From an uncultured Candidatus Saccharimonadales bacterium (lineage in GTDB: Bacteria; Patescibacteriota; Saccharimonadia; UBA4664), in NCBI GenBank assembly GCA_964467655.1, contig CAYXSN010000001.1, forward strand, positions 6,323-70,322: a stretch of DNA of 64,000 bases, given 5' to 3'. Position 1 is the first letter of the stretch; every line of letters starts with the position of its first letter. This document shows positions 1-9,715 of this stretch, in pieces. A program made the translations under genes and the position numbers. The notes beneath the pieces are model-generated. The model searched no databases. It saw only the letters and a list, made by a program, of their open reading frames with translations, and was not told where the DNA came from.

Positions 1-388
1 ACTGAGGAGCCTTACGGGCCCGCTTGAGTCCTGGTTTTTTGCGTTCTTTGACACGGGGGTCGCGAGTCAGCAAGCCGGCTTTTTTGAGGGTTGGCCTCAG
101 GTCTTCGCTGAGCACGTTGAGTGCTCGAGCGATGGCTAGGCGGGCAGCTTCAGCCTGGCCGCGTTTGCCGCCGCCTGAGAGGTTGAGGCTAACACGCAGT
201 TTCTGCTCTTGGCCGGCCAGCTTGAGCGGCTGCTCAACAGTTGAAACGAGAGCCTGGTTGTTGAAATAGGTGGCGGCTGGTTGGTCGCCAACGACAATTT
301 CGCCTTTGCCACTATATAAGCGAACGGTGGCAATAGCGGCCTTGCGACGGCCTCTGGCGTAGTGGTAATGGTTTTCTGATTGAGCCAT
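1..388 (-). CDS. rpsI: 30S ribosomal protein S9, 3'-truncated at window edge
   Basis: Minus-strand translation from ATG at 386-388 gives MAQSENHYHYARGRRKAAIATVRLY...LTRDPRVKERKKPGLKRARKAPQ, the canonical S9 C-terminus. The last ~4 codons lie outside the window. Immediately follows rplM. Confidence 0.85.
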   Translation of the reverse strand, partial: MAQSENHYHYARGRRKAAIATVRLYSGKGEIVVGDQPAATYFNNQALVSTVEQPLKLAGQEQKLRVSLNLSGGGKRGQAEAARLAIARALNVLSEDLRPTLKKAGLLTRDPRVKERKKPGLKRARKAPQ

Positions 389-390
389 GG

Positions 391-822
391 TTATGACACC
401 TCCAAATTAGCGGGATTTTGGCCGGCGTGGGGGTGTTCTGGGCCCGCATACACCTTCAAACGGCGGAGTCTGTCGTCGTGGAGCCGGTTTTTGGGCAGCA
501 TGCCGGCAATGGCTTTCTCGACAGCCTTAGCAGGGTGGCGTTCGAGTAGTGTTTCCAAATTGGTTTCTTTAATACCGCCGGGGTAGCCTGAGTGGTGGTA
601 GTATTTTTTGTCGGCCAGTTTGTTGCCGGTGACACTGATGTGCGCGGCGTTAATTACTACTACGTTGTCGCCACCGTCGACGTGAGGCGCAAAGCTGGGC
701 TTGTGTTTGCCGAGCAGGCGGGTGGCCACCATGGTAGCGAGCCTACCCAAAGTCTGGCCTTTGGCATCAACGAGATACCATTCGTGATTGAGGTCTGCTG
801 GCTTGGGGCTAAATGTTTTCAT
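391..822 (-). CDS. rplM: 50S ribosomal protein L13
   Basis: 143-aa ORF with L13-like sequence (KPADLNHEWYLVDAKGQTLGRLAT...). rplM-rpsI pairing is conserved. Confidence 0.9.
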   Translation of the reverse strand: MKTFSPKPADLNHEWYLVDAKGQTLGRLATMVATRLLGKHKPSFAPHVDGGDNVVVINAAHISVTGNKLADKKYYHHSGYPGGIKETNLETLLERHPAKAVEKAIAGMLPKNRLHDDRLRRLKVYAGPEHPHAGQNPANLEVS

Positions 823-1292
823 GACTTGTCTCCTTCAGCTGCGGCTGTGATCTCAGCTTGGGCAGCTGGTTTTTGGGCCGCGGTTTTGGGCTTAGACTGA
901 GATGGAGTCTTGGCGGTTGTTGCAGCTACGGCATCGTCGAGGACAATACTTAAACGAACCATCGGGGCATTATCGCCGCGGCGATTAGCCAGTTTGATAA
1001 TCCTCGTGTAACCACCGTGCCGTTCTTTGAAAGTAGGGGTGATTTCCTGCAAGAGTTTTTGAACTGCGGCTTCAGTCAGTAATTCTGAGCGAAGCTTGCG
1101 CCCGCCCGCTAATGTGCCTTTTTTGGCGTGAGTGACGAGTCTTTCGAAGCGCGGAGCCACTTCTTTGGCTCTGGCTTCAGTGGTGGTGATGGCTTCGTGT
1201 AGAACTAGTGAAGTCATCTGGCCGCGCAGCAAGGCCCGCCGGGGTCCGGCGTCCAGTGATAGTTTGCGACCTTGGTAGGTGTGTCGATGCAT
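819..1292 (-). CDS. rplQ: 50S ribosomal protein L17 with Ala/Lys-rich C-terminal extension
   Basis: 157-aa ORF (MHRHTYQGRKLSLDAGPRRALLRGQ...). Follows rpoA as in the canonical alpha operon. 4-nt overlap with rplM. Confidence 0.9.
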   Translation of the reverse strand: MHRHTYQGRKLSLDAGPRRALLRGQMTSLVLHEAITTTEARAKEVAPRFERLVTHAKKGTLAGGRKLRSELLTEAAVQKLLQEITPTFKERHGGYTRIIKLANRRGDNAPMVRLSIVLDDAVAATTAKTPSQSKPKTAAQKPAAQAEITAAAEGDKS

Positions 1293-1295
1293 TTG

Positions 1296-2234
1296 TTACT
1301 CCTTGGACTCCTGGGTCGACAAACCAAGCTCTGACAATTTTTCTTTGACCTCTTCATATGCTTTGCTGCCAAAGCCTTTTAGGTCTCTGAGCTCAGTGTC
1401 CGTTAAGGCGACTAGGTCTTTCATGGTTTTGATGTCGTTGTTGATGAGGGCGTTGGTGGTTCGGGGAGACAAATTCACTTCCTCAACACTCATTTTGGTA
1501 GAAGCCAAGTCGGTGCCATCGTGGCCTCCGGCTACCGCGGTATCGGCTACCGGGTTACCTGCTACCACCTGGAAGTGTTCGACCAGAATTTCGCTGGCCT
1601 GAGCTATGGCTTCGTGCGGTGTGATGGTGCCGTCGGTCTCAATCTCCATGACGAGCCGGTCAAGGTCTGTCACCTGGCCGACACGGGTGTTTTCGACGGT
1701 GTAGCGTACGCGTTGAACTGGTGAGTAGAGGGCGTCAATGGCGATCATACCAACTTCAAGCCGCTCTGACTCGCGGTTTTCGACCGGTACGTAACCGCGG
1801 CCTTTCTCGACCTTGATTTCCATGCCCAGTTTGGCTTTGGCGCTGTCTAGTGTGGCAATCACTTGGTCGGGATTTACAATCTCGACGTCGGCAGTGGTTT
1901 TGATCTGGGAGCCCCTGACCGGACCGGTACCACTCGCAGCCAGTGTTAGGTACTGTGGCTCATCTGAGAATACGCGGAAGCGTAGTTTTTTCAAGTTGAG
2001 AATGATCTCGACGACATCTTCTTTGACGCCTTCGATAGTTGAAAATTCGTGGCTGACAGAGTCAATTTTGACGGCTGTGGCGGCGGCACCGCCCAGGCTT
2101 GAAAGGATTACGCGGCGCAGAGAGTTGCCGAGCGTCATGCCATAGCCGGAGTAAAGCGGTTCCACCACAAAGGTTGCCTTGTTGCCGTCCTGACTGGTCT
2201 GGCGGAGCTCCGGAAGTTGAATCGGATGTAACAC
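1296..2234 (-). CDS. rpoA: DNA-directed RNA polymerase alpha subunit
   Basis: 312-aa ORF with alpha N-terminal domain and alpha-CTD (VEEVNLSPRTTNALINNDIKTMKDLVALTDTELRDLKGFGSKAYEEV). Confidence 0.95.
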   Translation of the reverse strand: MLHPIQLPELRQTSQDGNKATFVVEPLYSGYGMTLGNSLRRVILSSLGGAAATAVKIDSVSHEFSTIEGVKEDVVEIILNLKKLRFRVFSDEPQYLTLAASGTGPVRGSQIKTTADVEIVNPDQVIATLDSAKAKLGMEIKVEKGRGYVPVENRESERLEVGMIAIDALYSPVQRVRYTVENTRVGQVTDLDRLVMEIETDGTITPHEAIAQASEILVEHFQVVAGNPVADTAVAGGHDGTDLASTKMSVEEVNLSPRTTNALINNDIKTMKDLVALTDTELRDLKGFGSKAYEEVKEKLSELGLSTQESKE

Positions 2235-2252
2235 GTTTGTCGTCCTTTCCTA

Positions 2253-2867
2253 TTACCTTGAGTAAAACTCAATAATTAGTTGTTCGTTAATTTCTTCGGT
2301 GACATCTTGACGGGTTGGTAAGCCAGTAACTTTGGCTGTCAGTTTTTTGGCATCAAACGTCAACCAGGAAAGGGCCTCTTTACTTATGCCGTCACTGGCC
2401 AGTTGCTTGAAATAGGCATTGGCGGCACTCTTCGGCCGAACCGAAAAGGTGTCACCGCTTTTGAGGCTAATGGAAGGGATGTCGACGCGACGGCCATTGA
2501 GCATGAAATGACCGTGGGTAACCAGCTGCCGCGCAGCCTGGCGGCTCGGAGCCAAACCTAAACGATACACCGCGTTGTCTAAGCGGCGTTCGAGCAACTC
2601 GATCATCACATCACCAGTGTTGCCAGTGCGGCGTTCGGCTTCTGTGATGAGTTTTGCAAATTGTTTTTCCAGGAGGCCGTACATGCGCTTGACCATCTGC
2701 TTTTGTCGCAGTTGGATAGCGTATTGGCTGGGCTTAGACCGGCCGGCGTTGGGGCCGTGCTGGCCTGGTTTGGTGGGGCGTTTGGTCAGGCCTTTGATAG
2801 CCTTGGGGTGCAGGGCCGTTTGTTCGCGGCGGCTGCGTTTCAGTATGGGGGTAAAATCGCGGGCCAT
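2253..2867 (-). CDS. rpsD: 30S ribosomal protein S4
   Basis: 204-aa ORF, MARDFTPILKRSRREQ... S4 N-terminus and S4 RNA-binding domain. Confidence 0.95.
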   Translation of the reverse strand: MARDFTPILKRSRREQTALHPKAIKGLTKRPTKPGQHGPNAGRSKPSQYAIQLRQKQMVKRMYGLLEKQFAKLITEAERRTGNTGDVMIELLERRLDNAVYRLGLAPSRQAARQLVTHGHFMLNGRRVDIPSISLKSGDTFSVRPKSAANAYFKQLASDGISKEALSWLTFDAKKLTAKVTGLPTRQDVTEEINEQLIIEFYSR

Positions 2868-2869
2868 GT

Positions 2870-3274
2870 TTAGACTCTCCTTGCTTTCCGGGGCCTGACA
2901 CCGCCGTGGGGGATGCCGGTAACGTCTTTGATGCTGCCAACGGCAATACCGAGAGTGCTGAGGGCACGGATGGCCGATTCTCGGCCTGAGCCGACGCCGT
3001 TGACTAAGACGTCAACACGGCTGAGGCCGTATTCTTTGGCACCGGCACCGGCTCTTTCGGCGGCGGTTTGAGCGGCAAACGGCGTACTTTTGCGTGAGCC
3101 CTTGAAGCCGGCTGAGCCAGCGCTGGCCCACGACAAGGCATTGCCGCGGTCATCGGTGAACGTAATGATGGTGTTGTTGAACGTGGCTTGCACGTGCATT
3201 TGGCCAGCGGCGACAGTCCGCCGGATCTTGCGGCGACGGGCAGAGCTGGTGCGAGTAGTGGTTTTAGTTGCCAT
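2870..3274 (-). CDS. rpsK: 30S ribosomal protein S11
   Basis: 134-aa ORF ending ...[19 protein letters not shown], the S11 signature. Confidence 0.95.
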   Translation of the reverse strand: MATKTTTRTSSARRRKIRRTVAAGQMHVQATFNNTIITFTDDRGNALSWASAGSAGFKGSRKSTPFAAQTAAERAGAGAKEYGLSRVDVLVNGVGSGRESAIRALSTLGIAVGSIKDVTGIPHGGVRPRKARRV

Positions 3275-3310
3275 GGGTGTGTTTGATATCCTCTTGATGC
3301 GTTGCTAGTT

Positions 3311-3700
3311 TTAAGTCTTAGCTGTGGCTTTCTTACGGCCGGAACCCATAGTAATTTTCTTACCGCGCTTGGTACGGGCATTGGTCTTGGTCCGCTGTCC
3401 TCGCACCGGCAAGTTGGCTTTGTGCCGTAAGCCTCGGTAAGAGTTAATTTCTTTGAGCCGTTTAATATTTAAGCTGACTTCACGCTGAAGGTCACCCTCA
3501 ACCCTGATAGTTTTATCAATGAAATCACGCAGTTTGCCGACCTCGGCTTCAGTGAGGTCTTTCACGCGGGTGTCTTTATTGACGCCCGTGGCGGCCAGAA
3601 TTTTCTGGCTCGTAGTGAGTCCAATGCCGAAGATGTAGGTGAGAGCGATCTCAACTCTCTTGGCTTCGGGGACGTTAACACCTGAAATACGTACTGCCAT
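3311..3700 (-). CDS. rpsM: 30S ribosomal protein S13
   Basis: 129-aa [30 protein letters not shown]... typical S13. Confidence 0.95.
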   Translation of the reverse strand: MAVRISGVNVPEAKRVEIALTYIFGIGLTTSQKILAATGVNKDTRVKDLTEAEVGKLRDFIDKTIRVEGDLQREVSLNIKRLKEINSYRGLRHKANLPVRGQRTKTNARTKRGKKITMGSGRKKATAKT

Positions 3701-3703
3701 GAT

Positions 3704-3820
3704 TTATCCTTGCCTCTGCTTGTGACGAGGCTTGACTGGACAAATCACCCGCACTACACCTTCGCGGCGCACGATTTTGCATTTTTCGCATCGTTTCTTG
3801 ACGCTTGCGCTGACGGTCAT
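3704..3820 (-). CDS. rpmJ: 50S ribosomal protein L36
   Basis: Manually translated 38-aa minus-strand [41 protein letters not shown] with the C-x2-C...C...H zinc-ribbon pattern of L36. Below the 60-aa cutoff of the ORF track. Confidence 0.85.
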   Translation of the reverse strand: MTVSASVKKRCEKCKIVRREGVVRVICPVKPRHKQRQG

Positions 3821-3850
3821 GACGTGGTGGTCCTTCTCGTACTGATTAGT

Positions 3851-4111
3851 TTATCTGTGACGGTATGTTATCCGACCTTTGGTCAGATCATACGGAGTCA
3901 TTTCGAGCACAACACGGTCTCCGGGAATGATGCGGATGTAGTGCATTCGCATCTTACCTGAGATGTGTCCCAACACAATATGGCCATTCTCGAGCTCCAC
4001 CCTAAACAGGGCGTTTGGAAGAGTCTCCAGGATGGTCCCTTCGAGTTCGATTACTTCCTTTGTGGTTTTTTTGCCGGTTTGTTCGGCTGTTCTACGACGT
4101 CGTGCTGGCAT
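3851..4111 (-). CDS. infA: Translation initiation factor IF-1 with ~14-aa basic N-terminal extension
   Basis: 86-aa ORF. Core ...[63 protein letters not shown] aligns with the IF-1 S1-like fold. Confidence 0.9.
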   Translation of the reverse strand: MPARRRRTAEQTGKKTTKEVIELEGTILETLPNALFRVELENGHIVLGHISGKMRMHYIRIIPGDRVVLEMTPYDLTKGRITYRHR

Positions 4112-4165
4112 ATTAATGACTACAATTCCCCATTATAGATGCCAAACACTTGATTGTAAAGCTTT

Positions 4166-5479
4166 TTAGTACTGTTCATATGATGTGGTGATGGCTTGGG
4201 CTTCAAGTTGTTTGAGTGTTTCAAGTGCCACCGATACTACAATCAGCAAGCTGGTACCGCCAATGGTGAAAATCTGGCTGTTTGTGAGGTATCGGGCTAG
4301 AAATGGCAACACGGCTACAATCGCTAGTCCGGTGGCTCCAGCCAGTGTGATGCGGTTCATGACTCGCTGCAAGTAACCCATGGTTTGGTTTCCGGGCCTG
4401 ATTCCAGGAATGAAACCGCCCTGTTTTTGCAGGTTTTCGGCGATTTCTTTGGGATTGAAGACTACAGAGGTATAGAAGTAGGTAAAACCAATGACGAGCA
4501 CAAAGTACGATGCGGCGTAAATCCAGCCATTTGGCGAGAACCACTCAGATAGGTTGCGGGCGAGTCCGGCGACCCAGGGGGTAGTGGCATGGCTCAAAAC
4601 CTGACTGAGTAGGCCAGGGATCGACAAGAATGCCAGTGCAAAGATGATTGGAATGACACCGGCAGTGATCACCCTGATAGGCAGGTGGGTATCAACCCCA
4701 GCATATACGCGGTCGCTTCGGGTTCTTTTGGCGTATGAAACCGGAATATTGCGAGTGCCTTCATTGAGTACCACAATAAACGCAATTACGACTACAACGG
4801 CAATCAGAAAACCCACGGCCGTCACCATTTTAGCCGGATCGCCCGATACCAGACTTGAGAGCTGACCAGCGCTGGCTGGCAGACTGGCGATGATGCCACA
4901 GAAGATGATCAGGGAAATGCCGTTGCCCACGCCTTTTTCGGTAATAATTTCGCCCAGCCACATCAGTAGCAGTGAGCCGGCGGTGATGGTGGTAATGAGC
5001 ATGATCCAGCCGAGAAGGTTGGGTTTGCCGATGACATCGACTCCTTGCATGCTAAGTGAGGTTTGTTGGACCAAAAAGACCATGCCGAAGGCTTGAGCGA
5101 TGGCTAGTGGTAACGTCAGTAATCTGGTGTATTGGTTTAGTTTACGCCGACCCATCTCGCCTTCTTTTTTGAGCGACTCTAGTTGCGGTATGACTTGGCT
5201 GAGTAACTGGATGATAATAGAGGCGTTAATGTATGGCCCTAGGCCCATCATAATAATGGAAAAGTTCTGTAAGGCCCCGCCTGAGAAGATGTTGGCAAAG
5301 CCCAAAATGGCGTTGGAATTGAAGAGCGCTGTAAGGAACCTGGCCAAAGCAGCGTTGTCGGGAACTGGTACCGGCACATGCGAAAGCAATCTAAAAATCA
5401 CAAGCAAGGCTAGCACGGTCAAAATCCGGCGCCTGATTTCTGGTGACTTGTAAGCCTGTTTGAGATATGACAGATTCAC
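4166..5479 (-). CDS. secY: Preprotein translocase subunit SecY
   Basis: 437-aa polytopic membrane protein with SecY-like TM pattern and motifs. Canonical position after rplO. Confidence 0.95.
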   Translation of the reverse strand: MNLSYLKQAYKSPEIRRRILTVLALLVIFRLLSHVPVPVPDNAALARFLTALFNSNAILGFANIFSGGALQNFSIIMMGLGPYINASIIIQLLSQVIPQLESLKKEGEMGRRKLNQYTRLLTLPLAIAQAFGMVFLVQQTSLSMQGVDVIGKPNLLGWIMLITTITAGSLLLMWLGEIITEKGVGNGISLIIFCGIIASLPASAGQLSSLVSGDPAKMVTAVGFLIAVVVVIAFIVVLNEGTRNIPVSYAKRTRSDRVYAGVDTHLPIRVITAGVIPIIFALAFLSIPGLLSQVLSHATTPWVAGLARNLSEWFSPNGWIYAASYFVLVIGFTYFYTSVVFNPKEIAENLQKQGGFIPGIRPGNQTMGYLQRVMNRITLAGATGLAIVAVLPFLARYLTNSQIFTIGGTSLLIVVSVALETLKQLEAQAITTSYEQY

Positions 5480-5515
5480 GCTTATACTGGCCCTCCTCGC
5501 GGCGTGTAAATGGCT

Positions 5516-6001
5516 CTAGTTCTTGGTGGGACGGGTGGCTTTTTTGCTTGGTACCCTTACGGCTGGTACCAATTCAATTGTAGCACCAGCTTGTTTGGCC
5601 GCGGCTTGAGCACTAGCACTAGCAGCCTGAACCTGAATCGTCAGTTTCTTAGTGAGCTGACCTTCTGCTAGTAATTTAATCTTGTCAGTGGCGCTGGAGA
5701 CGAGGCCGGCGGCTTGTAGAGCGGCGGCGTCAACCGTCGCACCGTCATTGAAGCGCTCGAGTGTGCCGATATTGACTGGCTGGTAGATCGTGGGGTTGAG
5801 AGCGGTAAAACCACGTTTTTTGGGGAGTCGTTGGCTGATAGGATTTTGGCCACCCTCGAATCCTGGCCTGACACCGCCGCCAGTGCGGGCGTTTTGGCCC
5901 TTGGTACCGCGGCCGGCAGTTTTGCCATAACCTGAGCCAATACCGCGTCCCACTCGCTTGCGGTCAGGGCTTGATTTGAGGTCTAATTCGTGGATTTTCA
6001 T
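5516..6001 (-). CDS. rplO: 50S ribosomal protein L15
   Basis: 161-aa ORF, Gly/Arg-rich N-terminus (KTAGRGTKGQNARTGGGVRPGFEGGQ) typical of L15. Confidence 0.9.
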   Translation of the reverse strand: MKIHELDLKSSPDRKRVGRGIGSGYGKTAGRGTKGQNARTGGGVRPGFEGGQNPISQRLPKKRGFTALNPTIYQPVNIGTLERFNDGATVDAAALQAAGLVSSATDKIKLLAEGQLTKKLTIQVQAASASAQAAAKQAGATIELVPAVRVPSKKATRPTKN

Positions 6002-6465
6002 GAGGCTTTCCTTTCGGTGGAGCTTTTGAGCTGCGACAGGGCCATAGCAGTAGCATAGGCGTTGTTCACCTTGTTGCTTGAGCCCAAAGACTTGGTCAGC
6101 AGGTCGTGGATTCCAGCGATTTCGACGACGTTGCGGACGGCGCCACCAGCAATTACACCAGTACCGGCCGAGGCTGGTTTGAGGAGCACGCGGGCGCCGG
6201 CAAACCTGACCTCAACTTCGTGTGGGATGGTGGAGTCTTTCAGGGGAACGGTGATCATCTGGCTTTTGGCGGCAGCAACGGCTTTAGCGATGGAAGTCAT
6301 CACTTCGCCGCCTTTACCGACGCCGACACCAACCCGGCCTTTGCCGTCGCCAACGACGACAGTGGCCCGGAACCTGAATCGGCGGCCACCTTTGACCACG
6401 CGAGCAACCCGGTCGATGGCGATTACTTTTTCTTCAAATTCTTTCGGTTGTTGTTCGATGGCCAT
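5998..6465 (-). CDS. rpsE: 30S ribosomal protein S5
   Basis: 155-aa ORF with S5 dsRBD and C-terminal domain (VVKGGRRFRFRATVVVGDGKGRVGVGVGKG). ATGA overlap with rplO. Confidence 0.95.
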   Translation of the reverse strand: MAIEQQPKEFEEKVIAIDRVARVVKGGRRFRFRATVVVGDGKGRVGVGVGKGGEVMTSIAKAVAAAKSQMITVPLKDSTIPHEVEVRFAGARVLLKPASAGTGVIAGGAVRNVVEIAGIHDLLTKSLGSSNKVNNAYATAMALSQLKSSTERKAS

Positions 6466-6467
6466 GG

Positions 6468-6815
6468 TTAAAACTCCAATCCAGCTTTGCGGGCGGCGGT
6501 TGCCAGAGCATCCAACCGGCCATGATAGATGCGGCCATTTCGGTCGAAGACCACCTGCTTAATTTTGTGGGCTTTGGCCACCTGGGCGATTTGCTCGCCA
6601 GCCCAGGTGGCTTTGGCAGTGAGATTGCCTGTAGCAGTCGAGCGGACGGTTGTGGTATACGCCAGAGTCCGACCAGTGGTGTCATCGATCAGCTGGCATG
6701 TAATATGACGCAGGCTGATCTTGACCGACAGACGTGGCCGACTGGCGGTGCCGGAGATTCGGGCCCTGATGCGGGCGCGGCGGCGATTGAGTTGGGCAAT
6801 AGTGTGATTGATCAT
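6468..6815 (-). CDS. rplR: 50S ribosomal protein L18
   Basis: 115-aa ORF. RRARIRARISGTASRPRLSVKISLRHITCQLIDD matches the L18 N-terminus. Confidence 0.9.
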   Translation of the reverse strand: MINHTIAQLNRRRARIRARISGTASRPRLSVKISLRHITCQLIDDTTGRTLAYTTTVRSTATGNLTAKATWAGEQIAQVAKAHKIKQVVFDRNGRIYHGRLDALATAARKAGLEF

Positions 6816-6821
6816 CTTATT

Positions 6822-7361
6822 TTAACCTTTTGTTGCGGTCTTACCGGCTTTACGGCGGATCCGTTCCTCGACATACTTAATACCTTTGCCTTTGTAGGGT
6901 TCGGGTTTTTTCAAATCGCGTAGGTTGGCGGCAGCTTGGCCGACGAGTTGCTTATCGTGGCTTGACAGCGTAATAACATTCTTCTCAATTGTCGCGCTAA
7001 CACCGGCCGGCAAGTTGAAGACTACCGGATGGGAGAAGCCGAGGCTGAGGGTAATTGTGCTGCCGCTGACGGCCGCGCGGTAACCGACGCCGTTAATCTC
7101 AAGTGACCGGGTAAAACCTTGAGAGACGCCAATGACGAGGTTGCTAACTAACGTCCTCATCAAGCCATAGGCTGATTGGGTTTCTGCCGTTTCGACGGTT
7201 TTCGACAGTTTCAGAGTACCGTCGGCTTGTTCGAGGCTAATGCCCGTCAGTACATCAAGCTCTAGGCTGCCTTTAGGGCCGGTTACTTTGAGGTGCTGAC
7301 CGGTAATCTCGGCTTGCACGCCTGCGGGGATTGTAATGGGGGTACGTCCAATGCGGCTCAT
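6822..7361 (-). CDS. rplF: 50S ribosomal protein L6
   Basis: 179-aa ORF MSRIGRTPITIPAGVQAEITGQHLKVTGPKGSLE... two-domain L6. Confidence 0.95.
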   Translation of the reverse strand: MSRIGRTPITIPAGVQAEITGQHLKVTGPKGSLELDVLTGISLEQADGTLKLSKTVETAETQSAYGLMRTLVSNLVIGVSQGFTRSLEINGVGYRAAVSGSTITLSLGFSHPVVFNLPAGVSATIEKNVITLSSHDKQLVGQAAANLRDLKKPEPYKGKGIKYVEERIRRKAGKTATKG

Positions 7362-7362
7362 T

Positions 7363-7749
7363 TTACCATACCTTACAGATTAATTCACCACCCAGGCCGG
7401 CTTTGCGGGCTTCGCGGCCCGACATAATACCACCTGAAGTCGATACTATCACGATGCCGCGGCCACCTAGGATCAGTGGAATGTTCTTGGCTGTGGTATA
7501 TACCCGACGACCGGGCTTGGAAATGCGCACCAGTGAAGTGATAGTGTCTGGGTCTTCAGCCAAGGTAATCGCCAAGGTTTTGAAATTACCCTCTTTGGCT
7601 ACCTCAACGGCTGCAATGAAATGGTTGTTTTTGAGGATTTTGGCGACTTGCTCCTTGAGCTTGGAATGGGGCATGACGATAGACTTCAGTCCTGCCGTTT
7701 TGGCATTGCGCAAGCGGGTGAGCAGGTCAGCGATGGGATCGTTAAACAT
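7363..7749 (-). CDS. rpsH: 30S ribosomal protein S8
   Basis: 128-aa ORF MFNDPIADLLTRLRNA... S8 N-terminus. Confidence 0.95.
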   Translation of the reverse strand: MFNDPIADLLTRLRNAKTAGLKSIVMPHSKLKEQVAKILKNNHFIAAVEVAKEGNFKTLAITLAEDPDTITSLVRISKPGRRVYTTAKNIPLILGGRGIVIVSTSGGIMSGREARKAGLGGELICKVW

Positions 7750-7764
7750 CTTTTTGCTCCTTTC

Positions 7765-7950
7765 CTACCAGCTCGCCTTAGTGATACCAGGGATCTGACC
7801 CCGGGAAGCGTATTCCCTGAAGCAAACCCGGCAGAGGGCGAATTTACGAATATAACCGCGGGGCCGGCCACAAATCTGGCAGCGGCGGACAAGCCTTGTC
7901 GAAAACTTAGGTTTACGCTGGGCTTTGACTACGAGTGCGACGCGTGCCAT
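7765..7950 (-). CDS. rpsZ: 30S ribosomal protein S14 type Z (zinc-binding, 61 aa)
   Basis: 61-aa [64 protein letters not shown] with a CxxC...CxxC zinc ribbon. Confidence 0.9.
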   Translation of the reverse strand: MARVALVVKAQRKPKFSTRLVRRCQICGRPRGYIRKFALCRVCFREYASRGQIPGITKASW

Positions 7951-8495
7951 TAGGCAGTCCTCCTAAAGGGAAATCCCATCAATTCAAGTAACCTCTTTGA
8001 TTGTTCGGGCGACTTAGTAGTGGTCACAATATTGACCTGCAAGCCATGAGTAGTGCCGATTTCTTCAAATGGTAATTGCGGAAAAATGCTGTGGTCAGGA
8101 ATGCCGAGGCTGTAATTACCAAAGGCGTCAAAGGCTGTGGCCGAAATACCCCGGAAATCCCTGATGCGGGGCAAAACGGCCGATACGAGAAGGTCGAGGA
8201 AGGCGTCGGCATTGTGGCCGCGCAGTGTCGTGGTGACACCGATCTTGTGACCTTCACGGACTTTAAACGACGCAATACTCTTACGCGCAATCGTAGTTAC
8301 AGGATGTTGTCCTGTAACTTTGGCGATGGTTTCGGCGGCCGTATCGAGATGCTTTGAGTCGGCCACAGCGCGACCAACACCAGCACTTACCACGACTTTG
8401 GTGATACGCGGGATTTGGTGGGGGTTGTCGAGCTTGAACTCTTTGGCCAGAGCCGGCGCGACTTCTTTATGATATTTTTCGCTGAAGCGATTCAT
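7950..8495 (-). CDS. rplE: 50S ribosomal protein L5
   Basis: 181-aa ORF with L5 motifs ([12 protein letters not shown]...GMDITIVTTT-like). Confidence 0.95.
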   Translation of the reverse strand: MNRFSEKYHKEVAPALAKEFKLDNPHQIPRITKVVVSAGVGRAVADSKHLDTAAETIAKVTGQHPVTTIARKSIASFKVREGHKIGVTTTLRGHNADAFLDLLVSAVLPRIRDFRGISATAFDAFGNYSLGIPDHSIFPQLPFEEIGTTHGLQVNIVTTTKSPEQSKRLLELMGFPFRRTA

Positions 8496-8497
8496 GC

Positions 8498-8878
8498 TTA
8501 CTTACCTTTTCCGGCAGTTTCCGTGTCGGCGGACTTACGCGGTTTAGTTGATTTAGCGGGTTTCTTGGCAGCGGTTTGGTTTGGGCTGACCTTGAAGACT
8601 CTTTCTTTGGTGCCATCAGCTGCAAACTGGTAACCGATGCGGGCGGGCAGTCCACTGGTGGGGTCGATGACCATCACCTTGGCGGCGTTTAAGGGCTTAG
8701 CAATCTCGAGGATGCCGCCACGAGGTACTTTACTACTGGGCTTAGTGTGACGTTTAGCGATATTGATGCCTTCGATGACAATCTGATTGGTACGAGGCAG
8801 GACGGTACTGATAGTGCCGGTTTTGCCTTTGTCGCGGCCAGCAATTACCATCACCTTGTCTCCTTTTGCGAGTTTCAT
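8498..8878 (-). CDS. rplX: 50S ribosomal protein L24 with Lys/Ala-rich C-terminal extension
   Basis: 126-aa ORF MKLAKGDKVMVIAGRDKGKTGTI... KOW motif. Confidence 0.9.
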   Translation of the reverse strand: MKLAKGDKVMVIAGRDKGKTGTISTVLPRTNQIVIEGINIAKRHTKPSSKVPRGGILEIAKPLNAAKVMVIDPTSGLPARIGYQFAADGTKERVFKVSPNQTAAKKPAKSTKPRKSADTETAGKGK

Positions 8879-8879
8879 C

Positions 8880-9248
8880 TTAGAGTACCTCCGGAGCGAG
8901 TGAAATAATCTTCATATATCCACCTTCGCGCAGTTCGCGGGCAATTGGGCCAAAAATACGGGTACCGCGGGGCTGGCCTTGCTTGTCGATCAAAACTGCA
9001 GCGTTTTCATCAAACCGAATACTTGAACCGTCTGGTCGTTTAGTTTCTTTGGTGGTGCGTACGACAACGGCTCGAACAACATCTTTTTTCTTGACGTTGG
9101 CGCCTGGCAAAGCGCTTTTGACGCTGGCCGTGATGATGTCGCCGACTGCGGCGTACCGACGGCGGGAGCCGCCGAGCACCTTGATGCACAAGAGCTCTTT
9201 GGCGCCGGAGTTGTCGGCGACACGCAATCGCGATTCTACCTGGATCAT
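8880..9248 (-). CDS. rplN: 50S ribosomal protein L14
   Basis: 122-aa [31 protein letters not shown]... canonical L14. Confidence 0.95.
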   Translation of the reverse strand: MIQVESRLRVADNSGAKELLCIKVLGGSRRRYAAVGDIITASVKSALPGANVKKKDVVRAVVVRTTKETKRPDGSSIRFDENAAVLIDKQGQPRGTRIFGPIARELREGGYMKIISLAPEVL

Positions 9249-9502
9249 ACCTGGGCCTCCAGGTCTTTCGCCGTTAATTTGCGCGCTACTTTCCAGCGTT
9301 TTTGCGCACTGATAGGCCTGGTCTCGGTGATCTCAACGGCATCGCCCACATGGCAGGCATTGGCCTCGTCATGGGCTTTAAACTTGGTGGTTACTTTGTA
9401 CTTCTTGCGGTAGAGAGGGTGCTCCTTCACGAGCGCCACAGCTACCACGACGGTTTTGTCCATCTTATCGGAGACAACTGTCCCCCGGAGTGTGCGGATC
9501 AT
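9245..9502 (-). CDS. rpsQ: 30S ribosomal protein S17
   Basis: 85-aa [25 protein letters not shown]... S17 OB fold. Confidence 0.9.
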   Translation of the reverse strand: MIRTLRGTVVSDKMDKTVVVAVALVKEHPLYRKKYKVTTKFKAHDEANACHVGDAVEITETRPISAQKRWKVARKLTAKDLEAQV

Positions 9503-9711
9503 TTGGTGGCCTCCTCGGTGCTGGCAATTTCCCTCTCGCGGGCAATGGTGAGCGCCCGGGCGATGGTCTTCTTATGACCAGCGATGACCTTAACGTTTTT
9601 TACTTCTTTGGTGCGACTGTCGATGATGGCCGTGGCCAGGTTGGCCTGCTCTTTGGCGATCATGGTCTGCAATTCTTTGTCGGTTAATTTGGTGATTTCG
9701 GCAAGTTTCAT
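9499..9711 (-). CDS. rpmC: 50S ribosomal protein L29 (start trimmed to internal Met)
   Basis: The ORF-track version (to 9789) overlaps rplP. The internal start [25 protein letters not shown]... gives a ~70-aa L29-like helical protein abutting the rplP stop. Confidence 0.8.
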   Translation of the reverse strand: MKLAEITKLTDKELQTMIAKEQANLATAIIDSRTKEVKNVKVIAGHKKTIARALTIAREREIASTEEATK

Positions 9712-9715
9712 GGTG

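Noticed and set aside
6062-6562. 166-aa and 121-aa plus-strand ORFs across rpsE-rplR, 9584-10144 across rplP, 28367-28942 across the ABC-F gene, and 23722-24213 across fusA
   Set aside because: Antisense shadows of well-supported genes; no independent start, RBS or conservation signal.
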